Positions 9,233-20,305 of a stretch of 64,000 nucleotides of DNA are shown piece by piece. Both the position numbers and the translations under genes were made by a program. Source of the stretch: Acidobacteriota bacterium (lineage in GTDB: Bacteria; Acidobacteriota; Vicinamibacteria; JAXLQT01); NCBI GenBank assembly GCA_046331505.1, contig JAXLQT010000008.1, positions 150,969-214,968 of the forward strand, written 5' to 3'. Every line of letters starts with the position of its first letter. Positions within the stretch are counted from its first letter, which is position 1. The notes beneath the pieces are model-generated. The model ran no database searches, was not told where the DNA came from, and saw only the letters and a list, made by a program, of their open reading frames with translations.

Positions 9233-10360
9233 ATGGACGATGCGACGCTCGTGACGCTCATCGCGGTGTTCGAGGTGCTCCTGGCAGGGACGCTCGTGGC
9301 GGTGCTTCCGCTCGTGTCTCGCCGGGGGCTTCTCTTCGGCGCCTACGTCGGAGAACGACACGATCGCGGCCCATCGGCGCGGGACCTCAAGCGTTCCTGG
9401 TTCCGCCAGACGACGGTCCTGATCGCGGCGTGCCTCGGGGTCTCGCTCGCGGTCGGGCTCACGGGCCATCCCATCGCCGCCGTGTTCGTGGCGCTCGGGA
9501 CCGAGATCGCCGGCCTCACCGCGATCTACGTGCGCCATCATCGCCGCGCGCTTGGGCTCGCCGTGCCGGCGTCTTCGCCTGGGCTCGCGGCGGCGTCGCT
9601 TCTGCCCGTACCGGCCGGGACGCTGGTGTTCCCGGCGCTCGCGCTTGCGATCAACCTGACGCTTGGTGTCGTCGTGACCGCGTACGCTGCGCGCCAGTAC
9701 GACCGCCTCCCGGGCGTCGTGCCGATCCACTTCAAGGGATCCGGCTTGCCCGACGGATGGGCGAAGAAGAGCTTTGCGAGCGTGATGGCCATGCCGCTCG
9801 GGACGCTTCTCATGGGTGCCATGGTTGCCGGCATCGGCCTTCTTACCGCTCAGGCCAAGCGGTCCTTGCGGGCCGACGATCAGGGGATCTCGCTCTACGC
9901 GCAGCAGCGCTACCGGAATGCCCTCGCGAGGTTCCTCTCGGGGATCTCGCTCGTGATGACGGCCATGCTGTCCGGCATGTCCTACGACGCCGTCCGGATC
10001 GGCCTCGGCGACCCGCCGACCTTCGGACCGTGGCTCCTCGCATGTGGCGGCCTCGTCGCCGCGTGGGCGATCGGCGGCTCGATCTACCTGATCGTGCGCT
10101 ACGGCCAGGGCGGCGCTCGCCTCGAGGCGGCGATCGCCGATCGACCGCTGACCAACGGCCTCGCCGACGACCGCAACTGGAGGTGGGGCGTGTTCTACGT
10201 CAACCGCGAGGACCCATCGCTCATGATCGAGAAGCGCTTCGGCGTCGGCTACACGCTCAACTTCGGCAACCCCCGGGCCATCGTGATCATGATCGGGATC
10301 GTCGTGGTGATCGGGACGGTCCTCGGCCTGGCCCTCGCGGCGGTGCCCGCTCGCCACTGA
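9233..10360 (+). CDS. DUF1648-domain polytopic membrane protein (SdpI-like partner of GntR)
   Basis: ATG 9233 with a GGAAGGG RBS, overlapping the GntR stop. Multiple TM helices. Motif PIHFKGSGLPDGWAKK (DUF1648). C-terminal ...GVGYTLNFGNP. Confidence 0.65.
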   Translation: MDDATLVTLIAVFEVLLAGTLVAVLPLVSRRGLLFGAYVGERHDRGPSARDLKRSWFRQTTVLIAACLGVSLAVGLTGHPIAAVFVALGTEIAGLTAIYVRHHRRALGLAVPASSPGLAAASLLPVPAGTLVFPALALAINLTLGVVVTAYAARQYDRLPGVVPIHFKGSGLPDGWAKKSFASVMAMPLGTLLMGAMVAGIGLLTAQAKRSLRADDQGISLYAQQRYRNALARFLSGISLVMTAMLSGMSYDAVRIGLGDPPTFGPWLLACGGLVAAWAIGGSIYLIVRYGQGGARLEAAIADRPLTNGLADDRNWRWGVFYVNREDPSLMIEKRFGVGYTLNFGNPRAIVIMIGIVVVIGTVLGLALAAVPARH

Positions 10361-10634
10361 ACCAGCGCCTACGAGTGGCGGCGCGGGCGGCTGGTTGCGC
10401 TCGCACCCGGCGCGCCGTAGCCTCGACAGCGATCGCACCCCAGGCCGCGCACAGAAGAGCACTCCCGTACGCGCCTGGGTTGTGGCGTGTGAGCTCCTTC
10501 CCGGCACGCGCGGAGATTGCACGTCTCCGCCCGCGCCTCCGGGCCTGACGAAGAGTGTCACTCCGAGTGACGCGCCGCGTCCCGGAGTTGGGAATGGGAG
10601 CCATCTCTTCGAGGGAGGTGGCCGGCACCGAGCG

Positions 10635-10650
10635 TGGCACGCGGATTGAA
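10635..10650 (+). promoter_or_regulatory. sigma-54-like -24/-12 element TGGCACGcggaTTGAA
   Basis: GG-N10-TG(A) spacing matches RpoN promoters, but the -12 is TTGA rather than TTGC. It lies 66 nt upstream of ATG 10716. Confidence 0.3.
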
Positions 10651-10715
10651 CGCATGACGAGGAGAACAAGGCAGGGATCGCGGAACGCTCAGGCCGCGGT
10701 TCCGGAGGAGACGTC

Positions 10716-11084
10716 ATGGACCCAGCGAAAAGTGGGAGGGGGTACCTCGCTCTCACGGCAACGCTCTTCGTCATCAGCTTCGCGGCATCGGCAGCCTGGA
10801 AGTTCGTGCCCGTGAAGATCGCGCACGGGGCGCTGCGCGACTGCATCGGAGAGGAGCTGAAGTTCGCGGGCCGGCCCGGCAACAGCGAGAAGAAGATCCA
10901 GGAGAGCGTCTACGACTGCGCGCGGAGCCTTGGCCTCTCGGACGTGATCGAGAAGGGACAGATCCGCGTGACGCTGGAGTCGAGCCGCGTGCGCATCGTC
11001 GTGGACTACGAGCGAAAGCTCGTCATGCCCGGCTGGACGTACGTCTGGCCATTCCACGTGGACGAGACGCGGCCCCTGTTCTGA
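10716..11084 (+). CDS. hypothetical membrane-anchored protein (122 aa)
   Basis: GGAGGAG RBS, N-terminal TM helix, plausible coding composition. No family recognised. Confidence 0.45.
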   Translation: MDPAKSGRGYLALTATLFVISFAASAAWKFVPVKIAHGALRDCIGEELKFAGRPGNSEKKIQESVYDCARSLGLSDVIEKGQIRVTLESSRVRIVVDYERKLVMPGWTYVWPFHVDETRPLF

Positions 11085-11153
11085 TGGCCGGCGCGACCGG
11101 CAGCATCCGGGCGCGAGACGTTATCCTCGGGTCATGGGTGAAGCCGCCACGCG

Positions 11154-14100
11154 ATGAGCCCGGAGGTCCACGCATGCCCTGACGCGCACGCGCTCCATGC
11201 GACGTTCGTGGCGCGGCTTCGCGAGGCGGTCTGCGGGAGGCGCCATCCGCTGGATCCGATCACCGTCGTGGCGCCGACCACGAGGCTCCTCGCGGCGCTC
11301 CAGGTCGCGACGGCGCGCGACCTCGGGGCGGTGGCGGGAGTCTCGTTTCTCCCGTACGGACGGCTCGCGGAGCGGCTGCTGGAGCGCTCCGGGGAGCCGC
11401 CGCGGGCTTTGCTTCCGCCGGTGGCGATCCAGGCGCTCATCGGATCGATCGCGCTGGAGGTCGAGGAGCTGAAGCCGCTGGGCGAGCTCCGCCGCGCGGG
11501 CAGGGCGCTCTCGCGAGCGATCCGGGCGATGCGCGAGTCGGGCGTCGGCGTCGTTCCTTCCGCGGCGAAGACCGAGCCGCTCGTGCGCGTCCATCGCGCG
11601 GTCTCGGAGGCGATGGCGCGCGGGGAGCGAACCGACGAGCCGGAGCTGATGCATCGGGCCGCGAATGTCGCGCGCGCCACGGCCGCGAGCCTCGGGCGCG
11701 TCCTTCACGTGGGAGCCTACGACGTCATCGGCGTGACGGCACGGCTCCTCTCGAGATCAGCTTGCGCGACGCGCGTCGAGCATCTCGTCCTGGGCGCCGG
11801 CGGCGGACCGGCGTTTCGCTGGGCGGCGACGGCGGCCGCCAAGTCGGGGATGGAGACCGGCAAGGACGAGCGTGCGCCGCGCGCCGGACGCCGCCGCTCG
11901 CGCCTCCTGGACGTCCTCTTCGCCGGAGACGCGACAGCGGAGCTCGCGCCTGGAAGGCTCACCGGGTTCGAGGTCGCCGGGACGATTGCCGAGCTCGAGG
12001 TAGCCGGCACGATGGCGCTTCGCTGGCACGGTTGCGGGGTCCCGCTGGAGGAGATCGCGATCGTCGCTCGATCGCTCGACGACTACGCGCCGCATCTGAC
12101 GCACGTCTTCGGACGGATGGCTCTTCCGTTCACCAGCTCCGCGTCGCTTCCTCTGCTTCGTCGTCCGGCGGCGCGCGCGGTCCTCGAGCTCTTCGAGCTA
12201 CCCGGGCGCGGCTTCTCGCGCGATGCGGTGTGCGAGTTGCTGCGATCGCCGCAGGCGTCGCGCCTGCGGATGGCGGCGCGCGTGGCCGAGCCGGACGGGG
12301 ACAGGCCGCGGCCCACCGGAGCCGGCGACGGGGATCGCCGCGGCGAAGATCCGCCCGCGATCGAGCCAGCAGGGGACGACGCGGACGCGGTGGATCGGAT
12401 GGCGCGGCGGCTCGGGCTGCGGCGGGGGCTCGACGGATGGAAGCACGCATCCCCCAGGCACCCGGCGCTGGGCTCGATCGCCACCGTTCTCGAGGATGCG
12501 TATGCGAGCCTCTCGCGGGCGCTGGAGGCCCGGAGCTGGATCGCAGCGCTCGCGGGGCGCGGGGCTCGTGTCGGCGCTCCTCGGAACTCCGGAGACCGAC
12601 GGGGAGCTCGCGTCGCCGTTGCTCGCGATCGGGACGCTCGCGCTGCTCGAGGGTGTGGCGCCTCCGCCGGATGACATTGGGTCGCTCGCGTCATGGGTGC
12701 GTCACGTGCTCTCGGAGGCGCGCGATCCCGTGTGCGGGCGGGATCGCGGAGGGGTCCGGGTGCTCGACATGATGCAGGCGCGCGGCCTCGCGTTCCGTCG
12801 CGTGGTGATCGCGGGCGTCCACGAGGGCGCCCTGCCGCGGATCCCTACGGAGGACCCGTTCGTCCGCCATGTGGCCGGCACCGTGACGCCGGCAGCGAGC
12901 ACGCCGCCAGATGGGCCGGACTCGGATGACGCGTCCGATCTCGGGGAGGAGCGGCTCCTGTTCGGCCTCGCTCTCGCCGCGGCAAGCGAGGAGGCGTGCG
13001 TCACCTGGCAGCGCGCCGACGACGCCCAGCGGCCCCGCAGCCTGTCTCCCTTCCTGCGCGAGGTGTGGCGCGCGATCGGGGATCCGGGGCCAGGGCACGA
13101 CCTCTCCGCGTTCCAGCGGTTGCCGACGCATCCCGCGCTGTTCGCGTCCCAGCTCGCCGCCGCGACGGGATTGCTCGAGCCTTCGCGCGCGCTCTCGGCG
13201 ATCGGGATGCTGGCTCCGACCGATCGATCGGCCGCGGTCGCTGGCGTCGCGCGCTCTCTCGGCGTGATGGATCGCGGCCTCGACGCGGGCCTCCGCCATG
13301 TCGCGGCGACGGATGCGTTCGAGGCGCGGCGCGGGCGGGAGCCGGAGGATCTCGCCTTCGACGGATGGGTGGGCGAGGCGCCCTCGGAGTCGACACGCGC
13401 GCCGATGGCCGTCTCGCAGCTCGATCGGCTTGGCGACTGCCCGTTGAAGCACTTCTTCGGTGGGCGTCTCGGGGTCCGCGCGCTCGAGTCGCCCGAGGAC
13501 GAGCTCATCGAGCCGCGCGCCATCGGGATGGCGGTCCACGGCTTGCTCAAGACGCTCTACGAGCGGCTGCCGCTCCCGTGGAACGACACCGCCGCGGTGC
13601 TCGCCGAGGCGCGCCGCTTGCTGCCGGCGCTCGTTCGCGAGGCCCTCGCGCCCGTCGCCCATGGCCCTCTGCTGGGCTACGACGCGCTCGCGCGGGCCGA
13701 GGAGGGGAAGTGGCGCGTCGCCGTTTCGGAGCTCCTCGGCAGGGACGTCCCGCTCCTGGCCGAGCGCCGCGTCCGCGAGATCCACGTCGAGAAGGAGGTT
13801 GCGCAGACCATCGCGATCGGGCCGCGTGAGGTGCTCATGACCGGACGCTACGACCGCGTGGCCACGTTCGCCGCGGCGGGAGAGCCCGAGGAGGTCGCCG
13901 ATTACAAGACGGGACGATCGGCGGTCACCCGCGTCGCGAGCGCGGCGGATGCCATCGGCGGACGGAACCTCCAGCTCTTCGTCTACGCGCTGATCCGGGA
14001 GGCGGAGAGCGGGCTTCTGCCGTTGATCTCGGCGCTCTCGGTGCGCCCGCTCGATCGGCGCGGACGTCCCGTGGGCGCCAAGGAGGTTGCGAGCGGCACC

Positions 14101-14343
14101 CTGCGAGCCGAGATCCGCCCTTCCGTCGTGGCGGCTCACCGCGTCGCGCTGGAGCGGACGATCGGCACGCTGCTCGATCTCCGCGCGCGCGGGCTCTTCC
14201 CCATCTCGCCCACCGACGAGAGCTGCCGCTTCTGCGACTTCCGCTCCGCGTGCCGTACGTCCCACGCACCGACACGCGCCCGCGTCGCCTCGGCCGCGCC
14301 CTTCGCGGCCTACTACGCGCTCTCCAGGAGGAGCTCGCGATGA
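11154..14343 (+). pseudogene. AddB-like PD-(D/E)XK nuclease subunit (inactive-helicase N-terminus plus RecB-type nuclease with Fe-S Cys cluster); single frameshift
   Basis: Two ORFs (11154..12674 in frame 0 and 12223..14343 in frame 1) together form one protein. The nuclease motif VADYKTGR and the Cys cluster CRFCDFRSAC are present. The join is at a G/C run near 12550. The stop TGA overlaps the next gene's ATG (ATGA). Confidence 0.65.
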
Positions 14344-17300
14344 GCCGCCCGCGGCCGCGCGATCACGCGCAGAGGGAGCGGGCCGTGCTCGCGCGCGATG
14401 CGAACGTCGTCGTCCTGGCGGGCGCGGGCTCCGGGAAGACGAGCCTCCTGTGCGAGCGCGTCCTCCATCTCGTGATCGGGCGGGGGATCGACGCCGCGCG
14501 GATCGCGGCCATCACGTTCACCGAAAACGCGGCATCCCAGATGCGCGACCGTCTCGCCGCCGCGTTCGACGGTCTTGCCTCGGGTGGATCGGACGTCCCC
14601 GTCGAGGCGGAGCGCGTGCGCGTGCGGCTCGCGTCCGCGGGGTCCTTCCCCGTCGCCGCCGCGGAGATCCGTCGCCGCGCGCGTGCCGCCCTGGCGGCGC
14701 TCGATCGCGCGAGCATCGCCACCATCCACGGCTTCTGCGCGCGCCTGCTGCGTCGCCACCCGTGCAGGCGGGCGTGGCGCCTGGCTTCGACGTGGACGCC
14801 GACTTCGAGCGCGATCGCCGTGCGCGCGACCTCTTCCTCGGGGCGCTCCGCTCCATCTGCACCGCGGCCGCGACGCGGGATCGCGCCGAGGCGATCCTCG
14901 GCACGCTGACCGTCGAGGACCTCCGGGAGCTCTTCGTGGGGCTCCTCGGAGGCACGGTGCCGCGCGGCGCGCCGGGACGCGACCTGCTCTCCGTCGATCG
15001 CACGGGCGAGCTCCTGCGCCGGCATCTGTTCCGCCTCGCGGGCGAGCTCCGTCCGTTCCTCTCGCCGCGACCGACGACGCGGTATGCGACCTTGCTCGGA
15101 ACCGTGCTCCAGCGGCTCGAGCACGCGATCGAGCACGGCCCGCGCGACATCCCGTCGCTCCCGCCGCTCGGCCTTGTCCCCAGGCCCGGCAAGGGGGACG
15201 ATCCCGAGGGCCGGGACGCGCTCGCTACGGCGGTGCGGTTCCTCGACAACCTCGCCGAGACCGACGACGCGCTGCTCGTCGAGGCCATCGACGTGCTCGC
15301 GCCCGAGGTCGAGCGGGCGCGCGCCGCCGTCGAAGGCGAGGGGCTCCTGTCCTTCGACGACCTGCTCGTGCGATCGCGCAACCTCCTGCGCGATCACCCG
15401 GCTGTCCGCCGGCGCGAGGCGGACGCGCTCCAGGCGATCCTCGTCGACGAGATCCAGGACACCGATCCTCTCCAGTACGAGATCGTCTTCATGCTCGCGG
15501 AGAGCGCGTGGGTTCGGCCCGCGCGCGACCCGTGGAGCGTGCGCCTCGCGCCGGGACGGCTCTTCGTCGTAGGGGATCCGAAGCAATCGATCTTCCGGTT
15601 CCGGGGCGCCGACGTCGCGGCCTTCGATCGTGCGCTGCGCGTGATGGAGGGACAGGGCGCCGACGTCCTGATGCTCCAGTCGAGCTTCCGGAGCCCCCGT
15701 GCGATCCTCGATCCTCTCGATCGCCTCTTCGCGCCCTGGCTCGGTCCGAAGGACGAGCTGGAGCGCGAGTGGAGCGCGGCCCCTTCGTATCATGCGATCC
15801 GCGCCGAGCGGGCCGCGCCCGATCCGGCGTTCGGATGCGGCCCGCGCATCGAGATCTGGAGCCTGCCCGCCGACCTTGCGGCGGGCGCCCGGCGCGTGGC
15901 CGAGGGTCGCGCCATCGCCACGCATATCGCCGCTGCGGTCTCGAACGGCCTTCGCTACGAGGACCACGCGATCCTGCTCGCGGCGTTCTCGGACGTCGCC
16001 GCCTACGCGCGCGCCCTCGATCGGGCAGGAATCCCGTTCACCCTCGAGGGGGGGCGCACCTTCTACGAGCGTCCGGAGGTGACCGATCTACTCGCGCTCC
16101 TGAGGGCGCTCGCCGAGCCGAACGACCGCGTGGCGCTCCTGTCGTTCCTCCGATCGCCGGTGGGCGCGGTGCCCGACGCCGAGCTCCTCCGCCACGTGGA
16201 GTCGGGCGGCGCGATCGCCGTCGACGGGGAGCCCGATCCCGCGTCGCTCCCCGCGCTCGCGCGCTCTCTCGGCCTGTACCGGAGGCTCGCCAGGCGGATC
16301 AGCGGCGTACCCGTGGACGAAGCGGTCCGCGCCGTGATCGGCGAGACCCGCCTCATGGAGATCCACGCGGCAGGGTTCGATGGGGCCCAGCGTGTGGCGA
16401 ACCTCCGCAAGATCGAGGCGCTCGCGGCGGACCTCTCCCGCGATCGGTTCCTGTCGCTCTCGGGGCTCGTGCGCGATCTCGAGGCGCGGGAGAAGAGCTC
16501 CGGCGGGGAGGGCGAGCCGGCGCTGGCGGACGAAGGGCTCGACGCGGTGCGCATCGTGACCGTCCACCGGGCCAAGGGACTCGAGTTCCCGGTCGTCTTC
16601 GTGGCCGACATGGCGCGCCACGATCGGGAAGGCGCCCAGGAGAGCCACGCCGGCTACACGGAGCGCGAGCCGGGACCCGGGCTCGCCGTGCGGCTCCTCG
16701 GCGCGCACGTGCAGAGCACCCTCGGGGCGCTCGCCCGGGGAACCGAGGAGGTCCACCGGCCCGCCGAGCACAGGCGGTTGCTCTACGTTGCCGCCACGCG
16801 GGCGCGGGAGAGGCTTGTCCTGATCGCAGGCTCCGCGCGCGGGACGCGCTCGTCGTGGGTGGAGGCGCTGCGATCGTGGGGATACGATCCTCGGACGCCC
16901 CCCCGGGACGGCGAGCGCCTGCTCGGGTCGCGCGTGCTCCACCGGAGCATCGCGGACGACGTCACCGCGCCGCCCCGGCGCGCCATCGCCGCGCCCGATC
17001 TCCATGCTCCCGCCGCCGCGTTCCTGTCCGCGGCGCGAAGCGTACGCGCGGTGAGGCGCATGGGGTCGCCGACGGCGCTCCGCGAGGAGCGCGAGGCGGC
17101 GCGATCGGAGGAGCACGCTCTCTCGAGGCCCGTCGCGTTCGCGATCGGGCTCACCGTCCACGCGGCGCTGGAGGCGATGGACTTCGCCGATCCCTCCCCG
17201 GCGCTGGCGTACGGGCGCGTCCTGGCCCTCGCGTCGCGCGCGTCGGACCAGCACGGCGTCGATCCCGCCACCGTCGCCCCCGCAGCGGCGCGGATCCTGG

Positions 17301-17623
17301 AGAGCTTCGCGTCGGGGCGATTGCGGGCGCGGCTTGCCGCGGCACGCATCGTCGGCAGGGAGGTCCCGCTCATCGCCCGCAACCCCGACGGGAGGCCCGA
17401 GGTGATGACGGGCATTGCCGACGTCGTGTTCGAGGAGCGGGGCGAGATCGTCGTCGCCGACTGGAAGACGGATCTGGTCGGTGACGACGCGCTGGTCGCG
17501 GCAGCGGTCGACCGCTATCGTCCCCAGGTGGCCTGGTACGCGGAGGCACTCTCTCGATCGCTCGATCGCCCGGTGGCGGCCGAGCTCTTCTTCCTGACCC
17601 GCGACCTCGGAGTGCGCGTGTGA
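14340..17623 (+). pseudogene. AddA-like UvrD/PcrA superfamily 1 helicase with C-terminal PD-(D/E)XK nuclease; single frameshift
   Basis: ATG 14340 with a CAGGAGGAG RBS. Walker A AGAGSGKT, then helicase motifs. A frame change at the C-run cacccg near 14758 is needed to continue (LLRRHP|VQAGVAPGFDVD...). C-terminal nuclease ...VVADWKTD. Confidence 0.7.
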
Positions 17624-19650
17624 CGGCGTCGATCGTCGCCATGGGCGTGGCGCTCGCCGGCATGGTCGCGGCGCCGCCCCCGGACGTGGTGCTCCTCACC
17701 CTCGACACGACGCGCGCGGATCGCGTCGGTGCCTACGGTAGCCCGGCCGCGCTCACGCCGCATCTCGACAGGCTCGCCCGGCGCGGCGCGACGTTCGAGG
17801 AGCCGTTCGGCTCGGTGCCGATCACGCTGCCGTCTCACACGACGATGTTGACGGGGAAGTACCCGTGCCGGACCGGGATCCGCGACAACGGTCTCGCGAA
17901 GCTCGACGGCGCGACCGACACGCTGGCGACGGTCCTGAAGGGCCGTGGATATCACTGCCGGGCCTACCTCTCCTCGGCGGTGCTCGACCGCGCCTTCGGT
18001 CTGGACAGGGGATTCGAGATCTACGACGACGAGCTACGCTCCGCCGGCCGCCGGGACGAGCGCTCCGCGTTCGACACGATCGCCCGCGTCGCACGGGACG
18101 CTCCGAGCGCTGCCCGGCCGCTCTTCCTCTGGGTCCACCTCTACGACCCGCACCTGCCCTACGCGCCGCCAGCGCCGTTCGATCGGCTCGCCCCGGGGCT
18201 CCCTGGCGCCTACGCCGGCGAGGTCGCCGTCATGGATGCGGGAGCCGGACGGCTCCTCGCCGTGCTGCGGGCGCGCAAGATCCTGGACACGGCCGTGATC
18301 CTCGCGGCGGGAGATCACGGAGAGGCGCTCGGCGATCACGGGGAGACGAGCCACGGCGTCCTGCTCTACGACCCGTGCCTCGAGGTTCCGATGATCCTGG
18401 TCGAGCCATCGCGCGGGATCGCGGGCCGGACGGTGCGTGGCCTCGCCCGCCTGGCCGATGTTGCGCCCACGCTCGCGGACTACGCGGGGGCGCCGCCCCT
18501 TGCTTCCGCCGACGGAACCTCGCTGCGCGGCTCCGTCGCGGCCGGCAAGACGGCGGTCGCGCACGTCTACCAGGAGACGTGGATGCCGCCCAACAGCTTC
18601 GGCTGGAGCCCTCTCTATGCGCTGCGCCGGCCGGACTGGCACCTGGTGCACGCGACGGCGAACGAGATGTACGAGGTCGCGGTCGATCCCGGCGAGTCGC
18701 GCGACCGCGCGAAGGACCCGGCCGCGCCGACGGCGGCGATGGAGCGAGTGCTTCAGGGCTACGTCGCGGCCCGCACCATCGCCCCGGCGGCGGAGCCTCC
18801 GCCGGATCTGAAGGCAGAGCTCGAGAGCCTCGGCTACCTGAGCCCCTCGAGCGGAAAGGCGGGGACGCTCGACCCGCGCGCGGGACTTCCGCTCCTGGAG
18901 AAGATGAGCGAGGCCAAGGAGCTGATGGCGCGGGGATCGCTCGATCAGGCGATCGCGCTCCTGCGCGACGTGCTCAAGGTCAATCCCGAGAACGTCGTGG
19001 CGAGGAACGACCTCGGCATCAGCTACCTCCGGAGCAAGCTCTTCAGGGAGGCGGCGCGCGAGTTTTCCGCGGCGCTCGGCGTTCGCGACCTTGACTACAT
19101 CAACGTCAACCTGGGGAAGTCGCTCGAGGCGCAAGGCCTTCTCGATCCGGCGCGGGCGAGCTACCGCCGCGCGCTCGCGAGGAACGGGCGCTTTGCCGAC
19201 GCCTACGAGGCCCTCGCGGACCTCGAGGTCGCTGCGGGCAAGACGGCGGATGCTGCGGCGGTGATCGGCCAGGCGGAGAAGAACGGCGTCCGCGATCCCA
19301 TGCTCATCGTCGTGCGTGGGCGCCTGGAAGCGGCCGCGGGCGACGTGCCGCGCGCTCTGAAGTCGTTCGAGGAAGCCGCCGCGATCGATCCCGCGAGCTT
19401 CGACGCGACGGTCGAGCAGGGCCACGCCCTCTACGTGCTCGGGAAGAAAGCCGACGCCGTGCGCAAGCTCGAGGATGCGCTCCGCATCCGGCCCGACGAC
19501 GTGCCTCTCCTCAAGACGCTGGCGTCGATCTACTTCGAAGAGGTGCCCAACCCCGCGCGCTCGCGCGAGTGCTTCGAGCGCGTCCTCCGCGTCGCACCGG
19601 ACGATCCCGACGCGCCACGGATCCGCCAGATCCTGGCGGCGCCGAAATAG
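17620..19650 (+). CDS. sulfatase (alkaline-phosphatase superfamily) with C-terminal TPR repeats
   Basis: GTG 17620 (or ATG 17641). Sulfatase N-terminal signature LTLDTTRADR...CRTGIRDNG (the Cys to formylglycine motif C-x-P/T-x-R). TPR-like repeats in the last ~250 aa. Confidence 0.8.
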   Translation: MTASIVAMGVALAGMVAAPPPDVVLLTLDTTRADRVGAYGSPAALTPHLDRLARRGATFEEPFGSVPITLPSHTTMLTGKYPCRTGIRDNGLAKLDGATDTLATVLKGRGYHCRAYLSSAVLDRAFGLDRGFEIYDDELRSAGRRDERSAFDTIARVARDAPSAARPLFLWVHLYDPHLPYAPPAPFDRLAPGLPGAYAGEVAVMDAGAGRLLAVLRARKILDTAVILAAGDHGEALGDHGETSHGVLLYDPCLEVPMILVEPSRGIAGRTVRGLARLADVAPTLADYAGAPPLASADGTSLRGSVAAGKTAVAHVYQETWMPPNSFGWSPLYALRRPDWHLVHATANEMYEVAVDPGESRDRAKDPAAPTAAMERVLQGYVAARTIAPAAEPPPDLKAELESLGYLSPSSGKAGTLDPRAGLPLLEKMSEAKELMARGSLDQAIALLRDVLKVNPENVVARNDLGISYLRSKLFREAAREFSAALGVRDLDYINVNLGKSLEAQGLLDPARASYRRALARNGRFADAYEALADLEVAAGKTADAAAVIGQAEKNGVRDPMLIVVRGRLEAAAGDVPRALKSFEEAAAIDPASFDATVEQGHALYVLGKKADAVRKLEDALRIRPDDVPLLKTLASIYFEEVPNPARSRECFERVLRVAPDDPDAPRIRQILAAPK

Positions 19651-20305
19651 CTTCACGCTCGGGGATTGTCTCCTCGCGATGACGGCGCCGTTCCTCGCTG
19701 TCACCGCGATTCCCACGACCAACGACACGTCGTCGACGTCGACGCCACCAACTTCCGGCCGCGCGACGTCATCGTGGCGGCGTCCGCACGATTCCTCACC
19801 CGGACGTCCCGTTCGGCCGCGCCTTCGGACCCGACCGAGATGCCCGTCAGCGGGAAGCGCAACGACCGACGCATCGATGCTTGCTTCGATTCGAGCCTGC
19901 GCGGCGAGAAGATTCCGCCTTCCGCGGCGCGACGCGGACGGAGACGCGGAGGTTCGGCCCCCTCGGTTCCAGCTCGGGATACGGCTCGCATTCTGATCTC
20001 TGTCCCCGCCGGGCGACAGCGACGGGCGAGCCGTGTCACCGCCTCGGGTCGCATTGCGATGCACGCGCCTGCTGCGGCGATCGCTGCAATGCACGTCCCG
20101 CAAGGGTTTCGGCCGCCGGGACTCGGCTGGCAGGGAGCTTGCTTCGGCGACTGGGCACGACGATCGGCTGAAGAGGGGCCATGGAGGTCCCGGGATGCTC
20201 CTGAAGGGAGGCATGGGCCGCGGTGCAGCCTCGCGCGTGCATCGTCCGACCGCGGCCACTGGGGAGGACTGTGTCGTGCCACAACGGAAAGGAAGAACAA
20301 CACTG

